NCBI RefSeq assembly: GCF_001194135.2
Contig: NC_068981.1
Span: forward strand, 165,982,780-166,046,779
Source: Octopus bimaculoides
Taxonomy: Eukaryota
Direction of reading: 5' to 3'
Length of the DNA: 64,000 nt
Shown here: positions 62,861-64,000 of the stretch, piece by piece
How positions within the stretch are numbered: position 1 is the stretch's first letter
Layout of the letters: each line of letters opens with the position of its first letter
Made by a program: the position numbers and the translations under genes
The notes under the pieces: model-generated
What the model was told of the DNA's origin: nothing
The model's database searches: none
Seen by the model: only the letters and a program-made list of their open reading frames with translations

Positions 62861-64000
62861 CATACCTATCTGTTTACTTCTTTGTTTTATCGATACTGAA
62901 CACAGGAATTTGCGTGAGTTCCGACTTCAAATATTCCATAAATACCCCTCTGCATGCTTCTAACATTTTCCAACATTTCAAACTGAAACGCAGTATATAG
63001 ATAAGATACATACAAATGATGAATAAATACTCGCCCTGGAAATATGATTGAATACAATGAGGCAGGATCTTCTGTCTTTCTTCCTTTTTTCAAGTTATCG
63101 ATAAAGTTGTGTTGCTTCCTTTAAAGTTAGTGATATGATACCCAATGTTAGCAGTCTCTTTGGGATTAGCATCACCACCACCACATCATCACAATTGTCA
63201 TTTCAGTAACCTTAATAGACACTCATGATAAATCAATAACGCACTGGCAAAATATAATCAAGTTATTCCTTGTGATCTGAAAGTACGACCCAGTTTATTT
63301 ATTAAATTCCTAGTTATAGCCACTTCATTTCTCCCATTTCATTAACATCTCTCATTAATTCTTGTCCCTTAAAAATATCTGAAATAAGAAATCAATTGAA
63401 TGATATTATCTGTTTTTAATTAAGAGCTGGACATTTTGACGTAGATCGTATCTGATCGTGATATTAATCAATTTAGCTGAAGTTTGACATTGCTTTTCTT
63501 TGCTCAGGATCAATAAAAATAATGCATGAAGTTATTCGTAATGATCATCCCCTTACACGTACAAATATGAATGAACCTATTGCCCAGTCACAAAAAGTCG
63601 AATTGTTATTCTGAATATTACAGTGTTATTTTCACTTAAATGAAAACCACTAAATTTTCTTGTTTGCTTTCTTAATTTTCTTCGACTGGGCTAAAAGTCG
63701 TTTGGAATGCCAAACTGAAGATCAGATCATCTATAATCGTAATTATCATCATCATTGTTGGAGGTGTGTGTGTGTGTGAAAGTAAGTACTAGTGTGACAC
63801 TGAGTTATTTTTGGAATCTATTGATAAGGTTGCAAGAAGCAACGAAAATTTTAGGAAAATAAAAAGAAAAATAAGTGGAAATTTTACCGGTGAGTGTGTT
63901 AAATTTTAAGGCACAATAAGAAAATGACTCCCCAGACACAACAGAATATACTAACATAAAGTTTTTACACAAAGTTAAAAATTCATTAGTCATTTCAAAT

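Larger units (their letters stand above)
59600..64000. promoter_or_regulatory. CpG-retaining domain, putative internal/bidirectional promoter region
   Basis: Many CpGs in non-repeat DNA (e.g. cacgcg, caccggtg, tatcgcgt, gtgcgcaag, catgcgcgt) against a CpG-depleted background; CACGTG boxes; long CT tract at 60960-61520; perfect donors on both strands (59722 on -, 62024 on +). CpG o/e was not computed. Confidence 0.5.

Noticed and set aside
655-63993. Nearly all ORFs in the supplied track
   Set aside because: They are N-gap read-throughs, microsatellite translations (YIYI, CVCV, SLSL) or wrong frames of SINE/RTE UTRs. Only 15193, 34145, 61962, 21489, 52314 and 28485 overlap segments with independent support.

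Overview
AT-rich eukaryotic genomic DNA, almost certainly from an octopus/coleoid cephalopod (inferred from the tRNA-derived SINEs, RTE-LINE tails with (GAT)n ends and dense TA/CA microsatellites; species cannot be fixed from sequence alone). The only confidently identifiable gene is the middle of EVI5, a TBC-domain Rab-GAP, on the + strand. It has seven GT-AG exons (1819-2043, 3844-3918, 15193-15318, 17129-17272, 19457-19546, 24616-24713, 49601-49661) that join into one open frame of 273 codons, including the IxxDxxR and YxQ catalytic fingers; the 5' and 3' parts lie outside the window. Almost none of this appears in the ORF track, whose ORFs are nearly all spurious. The introns are packed with SINEs, RTE fragments, a DD37D (maT) Tc1/mariner remnant, a complete non-autonomous Helitron, and hAT-, mariner- and piggyBac-type MITEs. 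There are five N gaps. No prokaryotic-type system, CRISPR array, rRNA or tRNA gene was found. The leads below are hypotheses that need RNA data: (i) a CpG-retaining region at 59.6-64 kb with divergent perfect splice donors, including a likely internal first exon (MDLNRRLSGPEPTDDDHLLVK) that would make a TBC-less EVI5; (ii) further frame-compatible cryptic exons in the 25-kb intron; (iii) a possible antisense gene nested in EVI5 introns; (iv) a 99% identical inverted RTE pair bracketing exons that would form a stop-free 360-nt circle; (v) SINE central microsatellites acting as insertion sites for other elements.
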